Assembly (NCBI GenBank): GCA_043807885.1
Contig: JAZDFN010000019.1
Location: 1 to 48,301 of the forward strand
Reading direction: 5' to 3'
Length of the DNA: 48,301 bases
From: a bacterium
GTDB taxonomy: Bacteria; Patescibacteriota; Patescibacteriia; UBA2591; JAZDFN01
Translations under genes and position numbers: made by a program
In this document: piece by piece, positions 25,641 through 33,713 of the stretch
How positions within the stretch are numbered: the stretch's first letter is position 1
How the letters are laid out: each line of letters opens with the position of its first letter
The notes under the pieces: generated by a model
Told to the model about the DNA's origin: nothing
Database searches by the model: none
What the model saw: only the letters and a program-made list of their open reading frames with translations

Positions 25641-25919
25641 ATGCAAAATAACCATCAAAAAACCCATATTTCCGTGGCTGAACTGGCAAAAATGCTGGGC
25701 ATCAGCCGGATTGCCGTCTTTAAACGAATTAAAAAGGGACAAATTCCCGCTGAAAGAATCGGGCGGTCTTATGTTATTTCCATAAATGACGTTAATGAAA
25801 TCACCCAGGGAATCGGCCCGAAAATATTAACCAAAGAAAAAAAAGAGGTTATAGAAAAAGCGGTTAAAAAGACGGTCAAAGAATACGGGGAAACTTTAAA
25901 GCTTTTAGGCAAAGAATAA
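25641..25919 (+). CDS. Excisionase/MerR-superfamily HTH DNA-binding protein
   Basis: ISVAELAKMLGISRIAVFKRIKKGQIPAERIGRSYVI resembles the excisionase-family HTH; Lys/Glu-rich tail. Confidence 0.6.
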   Translation: MQNNHQKTHISVAELAKMLGISRIAVFKRIKKGQIPAERIGRSYVISINDVNEITQGIGPKILTKEKKEVIEKAVKKTVKEYGETLKLLGKE

Positions 25920-25922
25920 AAT

Positions 25923-25985
25923 ATGCGCATTGAGAGAATTACTATCTTGGATGTTGAATATGTGGCCCAATTGAAACTTTTTTAA
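25923..25985 (+). CDS. 20-codon ORF, possibly the stump of a toxin-like partner gene
   Basis: MRIERITILDVEYVAQLKLF* starts 3 nt after the HTH gene stop. The resemblance to Doc/Fic N-termini is weak. Confidence 0.15.
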   Translation: MRIERITILDVEYVAQLKLF

Positions 25986-26024
25986 ATACCTATATTTTGG
26001 ATTTATAACTAATAATTAACCATT

Positions 26025-26504
26025 ATGAACACCATCAAACCCACCGGCTGTTGTGAGCCGTTTGACCCCAAGCCCTGGGAAGACAAAGAAATCACTTGGC
26101 AGGACAAAATGTTCGTTAAAGACCACGTCACCAGTTTTTTACATATCCCCCTTAACTTCGGCCAGAAAGTGGTCAAAAACATGAAACTGATAGAATCAGC
26201 CGGCGCTGAAACGCCTTATCAATTAATGCTGACTGATGAAAAATCTCTCTGGGGTTCTGATATTTATATTGACGTGGGTAAAGCCGTGCCAAACGCGCAG
26301 ATGGCCACGCTTTCCGGCACCTTCTTGACCAAAGTTTTTGAAGGGCCTTACAAAAACGCGAGTCAGTGGGCGAAAGAGATGTCCGAGTACGTGAAGGGCA
26401 AAGGCAAAGAATTGAAAAAAATGTATTTTTCCTACACTACCTGCCCGAAGTGCGCCAAGGCCTACGGGAAAAATTACGTGGTGCTTTTCGCGCAGATAAA
26501 ATAA
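26025..26504 (+). CDS. Conserved hypothetical Cys-containing protein
   Basis: 159-aa ORF: N-terminal CCEPFDPKPWEDKEITW, C-terminal CPKCAKAYGKNY. No family named with confidence. Confidence 0.6.
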   Translation: MNTIKPTGCCEPFDPKPWEDKEITWQDKMFVKDHVTSFLHIPLNFGQKVVKNMKLIESAGAETPYQLMLTDEKSLWGSDIYIDVGKAVPNAQMATLSGTFLTKVFEGPYKNASQWAKEMSEYVKGKGKELKKMYFSYTTCPKCAKAYGKNYVVLFAQIK

Positions 26505-26520
26505 TTTCCGCATTAATATC

Positions 26521-26573
26521 GTAGGGACAGAACAGTGTTCTGTCCTTGGGACAGGACGATGTCCTGTCCCTAC
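26521..26573 (+). repeat. Twin covarying hairpins with an alternative outer helix in the 3' region of the 26025 gene
   Basis: GGACAGAAC-AGT-GTTCTGTCC (26525-26545) and GGGACAGGAC-GAT-GTCCTGTCCC (26548-26570). GTAGGGACAG (26521-26530) can alternatively pair with CTGTCCCTAC (26564-26573). Confidence 0.8.
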
Positions 26574-26580
26574 AACGGCG

Positions 26581-26607
26581 AAAAACAAGATTTAATTCTT
26601 GTTTTTT
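26581..26607 (+). terminator. A/T-rich intrinsic terminator
   Basis: AACAAGA-TTTAAT-TCTTGTT stem-loop flanked by an A-run and a T-run. Confidence 0.5.
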
Positions 26608-26613
26608 GTTATT

Positions 26614-26655
26614 GACCCGCCAAGATTTTGCTTCGCAAAAACTTAGGCGGGCAAG
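26614..26655. repeat. GC-clamped long hairpin GACCCGCC...GGCGGGCAA; same ends as the 39427-39446 micro-hairpin but with a nested hairpin in the loop
   Basis: CCCGCC-AAG-a-TTTTGC-TTC-GCAAAA-a-CTT-a-GGCGGG. Compare GACCCGCC-TTG-GGCGGGCAA at 39427-39446. Confidence 0.7.
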
Positions 26656-26724
26656 ACGAGGATTTAAAGGTTAGTTTAAAATAATAAACCTCGCAATATT
26701 GTCAAAGAGGGGTTACCTGTATGT

Positions 26725-26752
26725 TTGACAAAATCCTCTTTTCTGCTATTCT
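26725..26752 (+). promoter_or_regulatory. Candidate promoter of the first surface-protein paralogue
   Basis: TTGACA 26725-26730, 16-nt spacer ending TGc, TATTCT 26747-26752. Strong SD AAGGAGGAG precedes ATG 26828. Confidence 0.45.
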
Positions 26753-26827
26753 TGCCTTAAGGAGGGCAATCAAGCCGTTCCTTGAAAATTTAACCATTAT
26801 CTCAAAACCTTTATTAAGGAGGAGAAA

Positions 26828-29209
26828 ATGTCACGCAAGAATTTGTTTATAGCGACCATAATTATGGCGTTATGCTGGTTAAGTTCCATTGGTCAAGCCG
26901 AACAAATTGATTTTGCTCTGCGTCTTGAGCCAAGCCAAAACACTTTCAAGCCAAATGATGCTTTGCGGGTTTTCCTGGATTTGAATATTAACCAGGCGCC
27001 TGTTGTGTCGGACCTTTACTTTATTATAGCGTCGCCAAATGGATACTATTCCGCTTTTGATTGGCAAAAAGGCATAAGGCCCTTGTTACTGGCCTATCCT
27101 TTTTCCCAGAAATTGTCCATCCAAGACATACTGTTGTTAGAAATTATTTTGCCCAGCGATTTCCCGCCGATTGCCAATGCGGGCGATTATATTTTCGCTA
27201 TTGGCGCTTTTAAGCCCAACACCGGCAATTTGATTTCCAATATCGGCCAAGCAAGTTTTCATTATGAACAAGAAACCGAAGAACCATGGATTGATTTTAC
27301 TGACATTCCGGATTATGGCTCCCCCGGAGTATTGAAAGGTAAAGTCGGCGGCGTTAATTCGGCTGATTACGGAATATTGGTCTATATTGAAGTTGAGACC
27401 GTTTGGTGGACTAAACCGTATTTTAACGCACCGTTAACTACGATTAATACCGATGACACTTGGAGCTGTAATATCACGACTGGCGGCAATGATGCCTATG
27501 CTACTAAAATAGCTGCTTATTTAGTGCCTGTTGGCATTGACCCATTCCAATATCAATGCGGTCCCTGTTACCAGTTGCCGAAAATTCCCGAAGCAGTCGC
27601 TTCTAAGCAGGCGGACCGCAGTCCGCCGCAAAGAACAGTTGATTTTTCCGGTTATCAATGGAATATCAAACGGCGCGATTTTCCGGCCGGTCCCGGTCCC
27701 AATTATTTCTCGGATAAAAAAGAGGATATTTGGGTTGATGGAGAAGGCCTGCATTTGACCATTAAGGAACATGATGGCAAATGGAATTGCACTGAGGCGA
27801 TTAACACCGATTCCTTGGGCTATGGCACCTATGTTATCCAGACCCGCGGCCGGATAGATAATATGGGTTATATTCCGGTATTCGGCATCTTTACCTGGTG
27901 CACCGAAGCCAAGGAATACAACTACAAAGAAATTGACATTGAAGCGGCTCGCTGGGGCCATCTTGATGACACCAACTTTCAGTATGTGGTTCAGCCCTGT
28001 TCCCAATGTCCTGGTTGCGGCGATAATTGTGCCCGCTTTAATGTTGAATTGAGCGATGAAGATAGCAACCTGACCTACTACATAGCTTGGAAGTCGGGCC
28101 AAGCGGAATTTGCCACTTATTACGGTGAACATGGTAAAGGTACTCCGCCTGCCGAGGATTTAATTTATCATTGGGTCCATGCCAGTTCAGATGTCCCGCC
28201 AGCCGGTGGTGAAAACTTCCGATTTAATTTCTGGCTTTTTGGCGGCAATGCTCCGGATAAAGGAGAGCAGGAAGTAGTTGTTACTTATTTTGATTGGCGC
28301 GAAGATTATGTATTCCCCACGCCAACCCCAACTATGACTAAAACGATTACGCCAACCCATACTCCGATTTATCCATCTATGACCAAAACTGCCACCGCCA
28401 CTGCTACTCCGACTATGACAGCCACTAAAACCGCTACCGCCACCTTAACCAAGACGGCAACACCGACTCCGACGCCAACTCCGGGCTTGGAAATTACTAC
28501 TTATCCACCATATGGTTCGCCGGGTTATTTACAAGGCAAAGCGTTAGGCGTTAATCCCCAAGATTATAAGATAACGGTTTACATTTTTGTTCCGACTTCT
28601 TATCCGGTTGGCTGGTGGGTTAAACCGACTTTGGCTAATCCATTCACTTTGATTAATCCTGCCGGCGATTGGAGCTGTAATATTGCTACTGGCGGCGTTG
28701 ATACGGAAGCGACTATTCTGCGAGCTTATTTGATTCCTAATGGCGTTAATCCGCCTCTGGCAAACGGTTGGAATGAATTACCGGAAATTCCCGAAGCGGT
28801 CGCTATGGCAGAAGTATTTAGAACGCCAAACCCGACAGCTACGCCGAGTAATACGCCAACCCCGCCCGACCCTTGGATTATTTTCAGTTATGTGCCATCT
28901 AAAGGCAGTTATGATAATCTGCAAGGAACCGTAGGCGGTGTTAGTCCAATGAGCGATTATAAAGTGATGGTCTATATTTACTATTACGGTTGGTGGACCA
29001 AACCTTATTTTGACACGCCATTGACCTATATTGCCAGTAACGGCAGTTGGACTTGCGACATCACTACCGGTGGCTATGATCAGGATGCCACCAAAATCGC
29101 CGCTTATTTAGTACCGGCCAGCATTGACGCCAACAAATATCAATGTGGCGGTAGTTCAAATTTGCCGGACGTTCCCGAGTCAGTCGCCTTTATTGAAGTT
29201 GATAGGTAA
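26828..29209 (+). CDS. Secreted multidomain protein: shared N-terminal domain, novel about 110-aa repeat (x3), GH16-like beta-glucanase/lectin domain, Thr/Pro linkers
   Basis: Signal peptide MSRKNLFIATIIMALCWLSSIGQA. GH16-type catalytic motif KEIDIEAARWG (E-I-D-I-E). TPTPT linkers. Repeat units at about 27284-27602, 28484-28806 and 28868-29206. Confidence 0.85.
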   Translation: MSRKNLFIATIIMALCWLSSIGQAEQIDFALRLEPSQNTFKPNDALRVFLDLNINQAPVVSDLYFIIASPNGYYSAFDWQKGIRPLLLAYPFSQKLSIQDILLLEIILPSDFPPIANAGDYIFAIGAFKPNTGNLISNIGQASFHYEQETEEPWIDFTDIPDYGSPGVLKGKVGGVNSADYGILVYIEVETVWWTKPYFNAPLTTINTDDTWSCNITTGGNDAYATKIAAYLVPVGIDPFQYQCGPCYQLPKIPEAVASKQADRSPPQRTVDFSGYQWNIKRRDFPAGPGPNYFSDKKEDIWVDGEGLHLTIKEHDGKWNCTEAINTDSLGYGTYVIQTRGRIDNMGYIPVFGIFTWCTEAKEYNYKEIDIEAARWGHLDDTNFQYVVQPCSQCPGCGDNCARFNVELSDEDSNLTYYIAWKSGQAEFATYYGEHGKGTPPAEDLIYHWVHASSDVPPAGGENFRFNFWLFGGNAPDKGEQEVVVTYFDWREDYVFPTPTPTMTKTITPTHTPIYPSMTKTATATATPTMTATKTATATLTKTATPTPTPTPGLEITTYPPYGSPGYLQGKALGVNPQDYKITVYIFVPTSYPVGWWVKPTLANPFTLINPAGDWSCNIATGGVDTEATILRAYLIPNGVNPPLANGWNELPEIPEAVAMAEVFRTPNPTATPSNTPTPPDPWIIFSYVPSKGSYDNLQGTVGGVSPMSDYKVMVYIYYYGWWTKPYFDTPLTYIASNGSWTCDITTGGYDQDATKIAAYLVPASIDANKYQCGGSSNLPDVPESVAFIEVDR
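28316..28483 (+). repeat. Thr/Pro/Ala-rich low-complexity linker coding region
   Basis: PTPTPTMTKTITPTHTPIYPSMTKTATATATPTMTATKTATATLTKTATPTPTPTP. Confidence 0.8.
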
Positions 29210-29234
29210 AAGTGATCTTTTGATTTGAAATTAC

Positions 29235-29266
29235 GCCGACTCTGTTTTGCAGAGTCGGCTTTTTTA
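29235..29266 (+). terminator. Intrinsic terminator
   Basis: GCCGACTCTG-TTTTG-CAGAGTCGGC followed by TTTTTT. Confidence 0.85.
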
Positions 29267-29267
29267 T

Positions 29268-29295
29268 TTGACAAAAAGTTAAAAAAATGTAAGCT
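29268..29295 (+). promoter_or_regulatory. Candidate promoter of the second paralogue
   Basis: TTGACA 29268-29273, 16 nt, TAAGCT 29290-29295 (T-12, A-11 and T-7 conserved), preceded by TG. SD GAAGGAGAG precedes ATG 29359. Confidence 0.4.
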
Positions 29296-29358
29296 TTATA
29301 TACAGTTCATTGACAATTAATTAGTAACAAAAAACAGCTTTTCGCGAAGGAGAGTATC

Positions 29359-32031
29359 ATGAAAAGAAAGTTTTTAACCGCTTTGATTATCATCGTAATT
29401 TGTTGGCCTGTTTTTGCCATTAGCCAAAGCGAAAAAATCGCCTTGAATTTGTATCTAGAACCAATTCAGACAGTTTTTCACCCCAATGAAACCTTTAAGG
29501 TCATATTGGATGTGGGTATTAATGAAACCCCGATTATAACCGACTTCTACTTTATTATGGCGGCTTGGAATTCGGATAGATTCTATTCTTCCCCTGATTG
29601 GCAAGAAGGATTAAAGCCGTTACTGTTGGCTTATCCATTTCCCTTGCCTTTGTCAATTCATGGCATTTTAGCGTTGGAAATTACCTTGCCCGAAGATTTG
29701 CCGCCCATTGAAAGCTTTGGCAGTTACACTTTCGCCGTTGGCGCTTTTCAGCAGGGAGTTCTGGTTTCCAATATCGGTCGCGCTGATTTCTATTACCAAG
29801 AATATGTTCCGGAACCGACGCCGACAACAACGGCTACTGCCACAGAAATTTCAACCATAACCGCAACTCCAATCGTGACATTAACTAACACACTGACCCC
29901 GACCGCAACCGTTACTCCGACCAAAATGGCTACGATTACCTTGACGCCAACGCCAACCCAAACATTAACTCTAACCGCAACTCCAACTAAAACCCAGACG
30001 CCGACGACGACTCAGACAGCCACTGTTACTTTGACGCCAACACTAACCCCGACACCAACTCCCTATTCAGACTGGCCTATGTTCCGCCATGATGCTAAAC
30101 ACACTGGCAGAAGCATATATTTGGGGCCAGAAACTCCAGGACTATTATGGAAGTTTAAAACCGATAATGGAGTATTCTCTTCGCCAACCCTTGGCCCGGA
30201 TGGCACTGTTTATGTCGGTTCTGAAGATGGAAATTTTTATGCCCTGAATCTGGATGGCAGTTTGAAATGGAAATTTGAAACTCCAAAAGAAATTATGTGT
30301 TCACCGGCAATTAATTTTGACGGGACTGTCTATTTTGGCTCTATGGACGGTGATTTTTACGCTCTGAACCCTGACGGCAGTTTGAAATGGAAACTTGAAG
30401 ATGATTACTATGCTTATGCTTCGCCGAATATTGGTGCGGATAACACCGTTTATATTGCTTGCATGAGCGGCATTGTCTACGCTCTGAATCCGGACGGCAC
30501 TATTAAATGGCAATTTACGGCCGATGACGATGATATCAAATCATCACCGGCCATTGGCGCTGATGGCACTATCTATTTTGGTGACGTTACAAAAAGTTTC
30601 TACGCTCTGAATCCGGATGGCAGTTTGCAATGGAAATTTTCAGGGATAAACAACCACGTTGAGTCTTCGCCGGCTATTGGTCCGGATGGCACCATTTATA
30701 TTGGTGATTATAATTCAACCAATCAAGACAATAATTATCTCTATGCCCTGAATCCGGACGGTACCCTTAAGTGGCAGTTTAAGACCAGTAATTGGATTTT
30801 ATCTTCTCCAGCTATTGGCGCTGATGGCACTATCTATATTGTTTACCATATGGGCGGTGATCTCTATGCCCTGAATCCGGACGGCACAGAAAAATGGGAA
30901 TTTGAGATGAAAAATTGGGTCTATTCTTCGCCAACCCTTGGCGCTGATGGCACTATCTATATTGGTTCCATTGATAATTCTCTCTATGCTATAAACTCAG
31001 ATGGCACCTACAAATGGGAATTTAAGACTGATGGCTACGTTTTTTCTTCACCGACTATTGGTTCAAATGGCACTATCTATGTTGGTTCTGAGGATGGCTA
31101 TATTTACGCCATAAATACAAATGGAACAACGCCAACTATAACACCAACCCAGACGGCAACATTAACAAATACGCCAACTCAAACTCCAACGTTAACCCAA
31201 ACGCAGACCCAGACAGCCACTCAAACATCTACACCGACAGCAACGCCAACCCAAACGCAGACCCAGACAGCAACGCCAACCTGGACGCCAACGGGAACAC
31301 CGGGAATGGAATACACTTATGTTCCAGCTTACGGCTCCACTAGTAATCTGGAAGGTAAGGCCTATGGCGTTAATTTTAGTGATTATAAAGTAGTGGTTTA
31401 CATCAATGTGCCTGATTCCTATCCGACCGGCTGGTGGGTAAAACCTTATTACAACAATCCTTATACCACCATTGACGTTAATACCGGTGAATGGATCTGC
31501 GATATCACCACTAATACTTATGACAGCAAAGCCAATATTATCAGAGCCTATCTGATACCCAACAACGGCAATCCGCCGCTGGCTAATGGCTGGTGCTCAC
31601 CGCCTGATGTTACCAATGATCTGGCTTCAGTTGAGGCAGTGCGTTCGCAAATAAGTCCGACGCCGACTCCCACGCCGACTCCCAGCGGGCCTTGGATTGA
31701 ATTTGGCTATGTCCCGCCTATAGGCAACTACGATGATGTGGAAGGAGCAGCCGGCAATGTCAATACTGCGGATTACCGGTCGGCTGTTTACATTTATGTT
31801 CCCGGCTGGGGTTGGGTCTCTAAACCCTACCTTAATTGTCTAACGGTCACTTTGGGTGAAGACGGCTTTTGGGCTTGTGATTATACCACTGGCGGGAGCG
31901 ACCAAAACGCCACGAAAATCAGGGCCTACTTAGTTCCATCTGATCTTGATATGAGCCAGTACCAATGCAGTAAATGTTCTTCACCACCGGATATTCCCGA
32001 AGCTCTGGATTGGGTAGAAATTACCAGATAA
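29359..32031 (+). CDS. Secreted multidomain protein: shared N-terminal domain, Thr/Pro linker, PQQ/BamB-like beta-propeller, novel repeat (x2)
   Basis: Signal peptide MKRKFLTALIIIVICWPVFAIS. N-terminal 150 aa are collinear with the 26828 protein. At least 8 blades of the form YALNPDGSLKWKF...SSPAIG.DGTIY. C-terminal repeats at about 31303-31645 and 31687-32028. Confidence 0.88.
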   Translation: MKRKFLTALIIIVICWPVFAISQSEKIALNLYLEPIQTVFHPNETFKVILDVGINETPIITDFYFIMAAWNSDRFYSSPDWQEGLKPLLLAYPFPLPLSIHGILALEITLPEDLPPIESFGSYTFAVGAFQQGVLVSNIGRADFYYQEYVPEPTPTTTATATEISTITATPIVTLTNTLTPTATVTPTKMATITLTPTPTQTLTLTATPTKTQTPTTTQTATVTLTPTLTPTPTPYSDWPMFRHDAKHTGRSIYLGPETPGLLWKFKTDNGVFSSPTLGPDGTVYVGSEDGNFYALNLDGSLKWKFETPKEIMCSPAINFDGTVYFGSMDGDFYALNPDGSLKWKLEDDYYAYASPNIGADNTVYIACMSGIVYALNPDGTIKWQFTADDDDIKSSPAIGADGTIYFGDVTKSFYALNPDGSLQWKFSGINNHVESSPAIGPDGTIYIGDYNSTNQDNNYLYALNPDGTLKWQFKTSNWILSSPAIGADGTIYIVYHMGGDLYALNPDGTEKWEFEMKNWVYSSPTLGADGTIYIGSIDNSLYAINSDGTYKWEFKTDGYVFSSPTIGSNGTIYVGSEDGYIYAINTNGTTPTITPTQTATLTNTPTQTPTLTQTQTQTATQTSTPTATPTQTQTQTATPTWTPTGTPGMEYTYVPAYGSTSNLEGKAYGVNFSDYKVVVYINVPDSYPTGWWVKPYYNNPYTTIDVNTGEWICDITTNTYDSKANIIRAYLIPNNGNPPLANGWCSPPDVTNDLASVEAVRSQISPTPTPTPTPSGPWIEFGYVPPIGNYDDVEGAAGNVNTADYRSAVYIYVPGWGWVSKPYLNCLTVTLGEDGFWACDYTTGGSDQNATKIRAYLVPSDLDMSQYQCSKCSSPPDIPEALDWVEITR
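29812..30063 (+). repeat. Thr/Pro-rich linker coding region
   Basis: EPTPTTTATATEISTITATPIVTLTNTLTPTATVTPTKMATITLTPTPTQTLTLTATPTKTQTPTTTQTATVTLTPTLTPTPTP. Confidence 0.8.
30064..31125 (+). repeat. Tandem beta-propeller blade repeats (PQQ-like)
   Basis: Recurrent (F/L)YALNPDG(S/T)LKW(K/Q)F ... SSP(A/T)(I/L)G.DGT(I/V)Y(I/V)G at roughly 40-aa periodicity. Confidence 0.8.
31126..31302 (+). repeat. Thr/Pro/Gln-rich linker coding region
   Basis: TTPTITPTQTATLTNTPTQTPTLTQTQTQTATQTSTPTATPTQTQTQTATPTWTPTGTP. Confidence 0.8.
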
Positions 32032-32060
32032 AAGTTTGGTCTTTAATTTTAAAAATATTG

Positions 32061-32091
32061 CCGGTTCGCTTTTTAGTGAACCGGTTTTTTT
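32061..32091 (+). terminator. Intrinsic terminator
   Basis: CCGGTTCGC-TTTTTA-GTGAACCGG (one G-U) followed by TTTTTTT. Confidence 0.8.
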
Positions 32092-32126
32092 ATTGTATTT
32101 TTTTGTTTTTCTGTTAAAATAAGATT

Positions 32127-33179
32127 ATGGAACTGAAACCGCAAATTGAGCAATTGACCGATAAAACCGCTGCGTTGCGCGAGTTTTTTGATTTGGAGAA
32201 AATGGCCCATGAAATCAGGGAATTGGGAGGCGAGATGGCCAGTCCGAATTTTTGGCATAATCAAAACGAGGCCAAACACAAAGCCCAGCTGCTCAAAGAA
32301 TTGCAAGCGGAATATGATGGTTATCAAGACCTGATTAAGGAAAGCCAAGAGTTGGCTAAAAATCCGGATGAAAAATCATTGAAAGATTTAGCAAGAAAAT
32401 ATCAGCAGTTTGAATTGAAATTATTGTTTAATGGCCCGTATGACAGAGAGAACGCGGTTTTGGCGATTCATGCCGGCGCCGGCGGGGTAGATGCCCAGGA
32501 CTGGGCCGAAATGCTTTTGCGGATGTATTTAAGATATGCTGAACAAAAAAATTGGCCAGCCAAGATTTTGGATATTTCCAAGGGCGGGGAAGCCGGCGTG
32601 AAAAGCGTGACCATGGAAATCAGCGGCCGCTACGCTTACGGCCACTTGAAAGCCGAGAGTGGCGTGCATCGTTTGGTTCGCATTTCGCCGTTTGACGCCG
32701 AGAAGATGCGCCATACTTCCTTCGCCTTGGTTGATGTTTTGCCGGAACTGACCGAAGTTAAAGAGGTGGAAGTGAAGCCGGATGATTTGCGGATTGATGT
32801 TTTTCGGGCCGGCGGGCACGGCGGTCAGAGTGTCAATACCACCGATTCAGCGGTCCGGATCGTCCATTTGCCAACCGGCATTACGGTTTCCTGCCAGAAC
32901 GAACGCTCGCAGGCCCAGAACAAAGAAACCGCCCTGAAAATCTTAAAATCCAAGCTTTATCAATATTATCAAACCGAACAGGAAGAAGAGCGCCAGCGCT
33001 TAAGAGGGGAGTTTAAGGAAGCGGCCTGGGGCAATCAGATCCGTTCTTATGTGCTTCAACCCTACCAAATGGTCAAAGACCACCGCACGGACTTGGAAAC
33101 CGCTAATGTGGAAAAGGTTTTGGACGGCGATTTGGATGATTTTATTGAGGCGTATTTGCGCCAGAGTGTTAAAAAATAA
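32127..33179 (+). CDS. prfB: Peptide chain release factor 2, encoded in a single frame (no programmed +1 frameshift)
   Basis: SPF motif (RISPFD), GGQ motif (GGHGGQSVN), collinear with E. coli RF2 as I recall it. The ORF is continuous through the region where the frameshift site would lie (ALREFFDLEKM). Confidence 0.93.
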   Translation: MELKPQIEQLTDKTAALREFFDLEKMAHEIRELGGEMASPNFWHNQNEAKHKAQLLKELQAEYDGYQDLIKESQELAKNPDEKSLKDLARKYQQFELKLLFNGPYDRENAVLAIHAGAGGVDAQDWAEMLLRMYLRYAEQKNWPAKILDISKGGEAGVKSVTMEISGRYAYGHLKAESGVHRLVRISPFDAEKMRHTSFALVDVLPELTEVKEVEVKPDDLRIDVFRAGGHGGQSVNTTDSAVRIVHLPTGITVSCQNERSQAQNKETALKILKSKLYQYYQTEQEEERQRLRGEFKEAAWGNQIRSYVLQPYQMVKDHRTDLETANVEKVLDGDLDDFIEAYLRQSVKK

Positions 33180-33198
33180 ATCTTATTTGACGGGGTAA

Positions 33199-33711
33199 AT
33201 GGACTTTAAAGCAAAAATCAGGGAAATTCCGGACTGGCCCAAGCCGGGCATTTTGTTTTACGACATCACGCCATTATTGGAAGACGCGGAATGTTTCAAG
33301 GCGGTCAATGACCAAATGGCAAGGCCGTTTTTTGGCCAAAAAATAGACAAAGTGGTCGCCATTGACGCCCGCGGGTTTTTATTGGCGCCGGGCGTGGCTT
33401 ACCAGCTTAAAGCCGGCGTTTCCTTGGTGCGCAAGAAAGGCAAACTGCCCCACAAGACCGTGGCCCAGGAATATGATTTGGAATACGGCGCCAATTGCAT
33501 TGAGATGCACGAGGACACGATTAAGCCGGGGGAAAAGGTTTTGATTGTTGATGATGTCTTGGCGACCGGCGGCACGGCCCAGGCCGCGGTTGAACTGGTC
33601 AAGAAACTGGGCGGGGAAGTAGTGGGCGTCAGTTTTTTGATTGAGTTGGAGCTTTTGAAAGGCCGGGGAAAATTAACCGGCTTGGATGTTTTTTCTTTAA
33701 TTAAATACTAA
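33199..33711 (+). CDS. apt: Adenine phosphoribosyltransferase
   Basis: PRPP-binding motif VLIVDDVLATGGTA; DWPKPGILFYDITPLL. Confidence 0.92.
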   Translation: MDFKAKIREIPDWPKPGILFYDITPLLEDAECFKAVNDQMARPFFGQKIDKVVAIDARGFLLAPGVAYQLKAGVSLVRKKGKLPHKTVAQEYDLEYGANCIEMHEDTIKPGEKVLIVDDVLATGGTAQAAVELVKKLGGEVVGVSFLIELELLKGRGKLTGLDVFSLIKY

Positions 33712-33713
33712 AT

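Noticed and set aside
28316-31302. Thr/Pro linker regions as DNA-level tandem repeats, VNTRs, or template/variable repeats of a diversity-generating retroelement.
   Set aside because: The repeats are degenerate at the nucleotide level (ACN/CCN codon runs). There is no reverse transcriptase and no near-identical repeat pair with adenine-specific differences in the window.
32127-32260. A programmed +1 frameshift site in prfB.
   Set aside because: The reading frame is continuous from ATG 32127, with no in-frame TGA preceded by an SD-like element.
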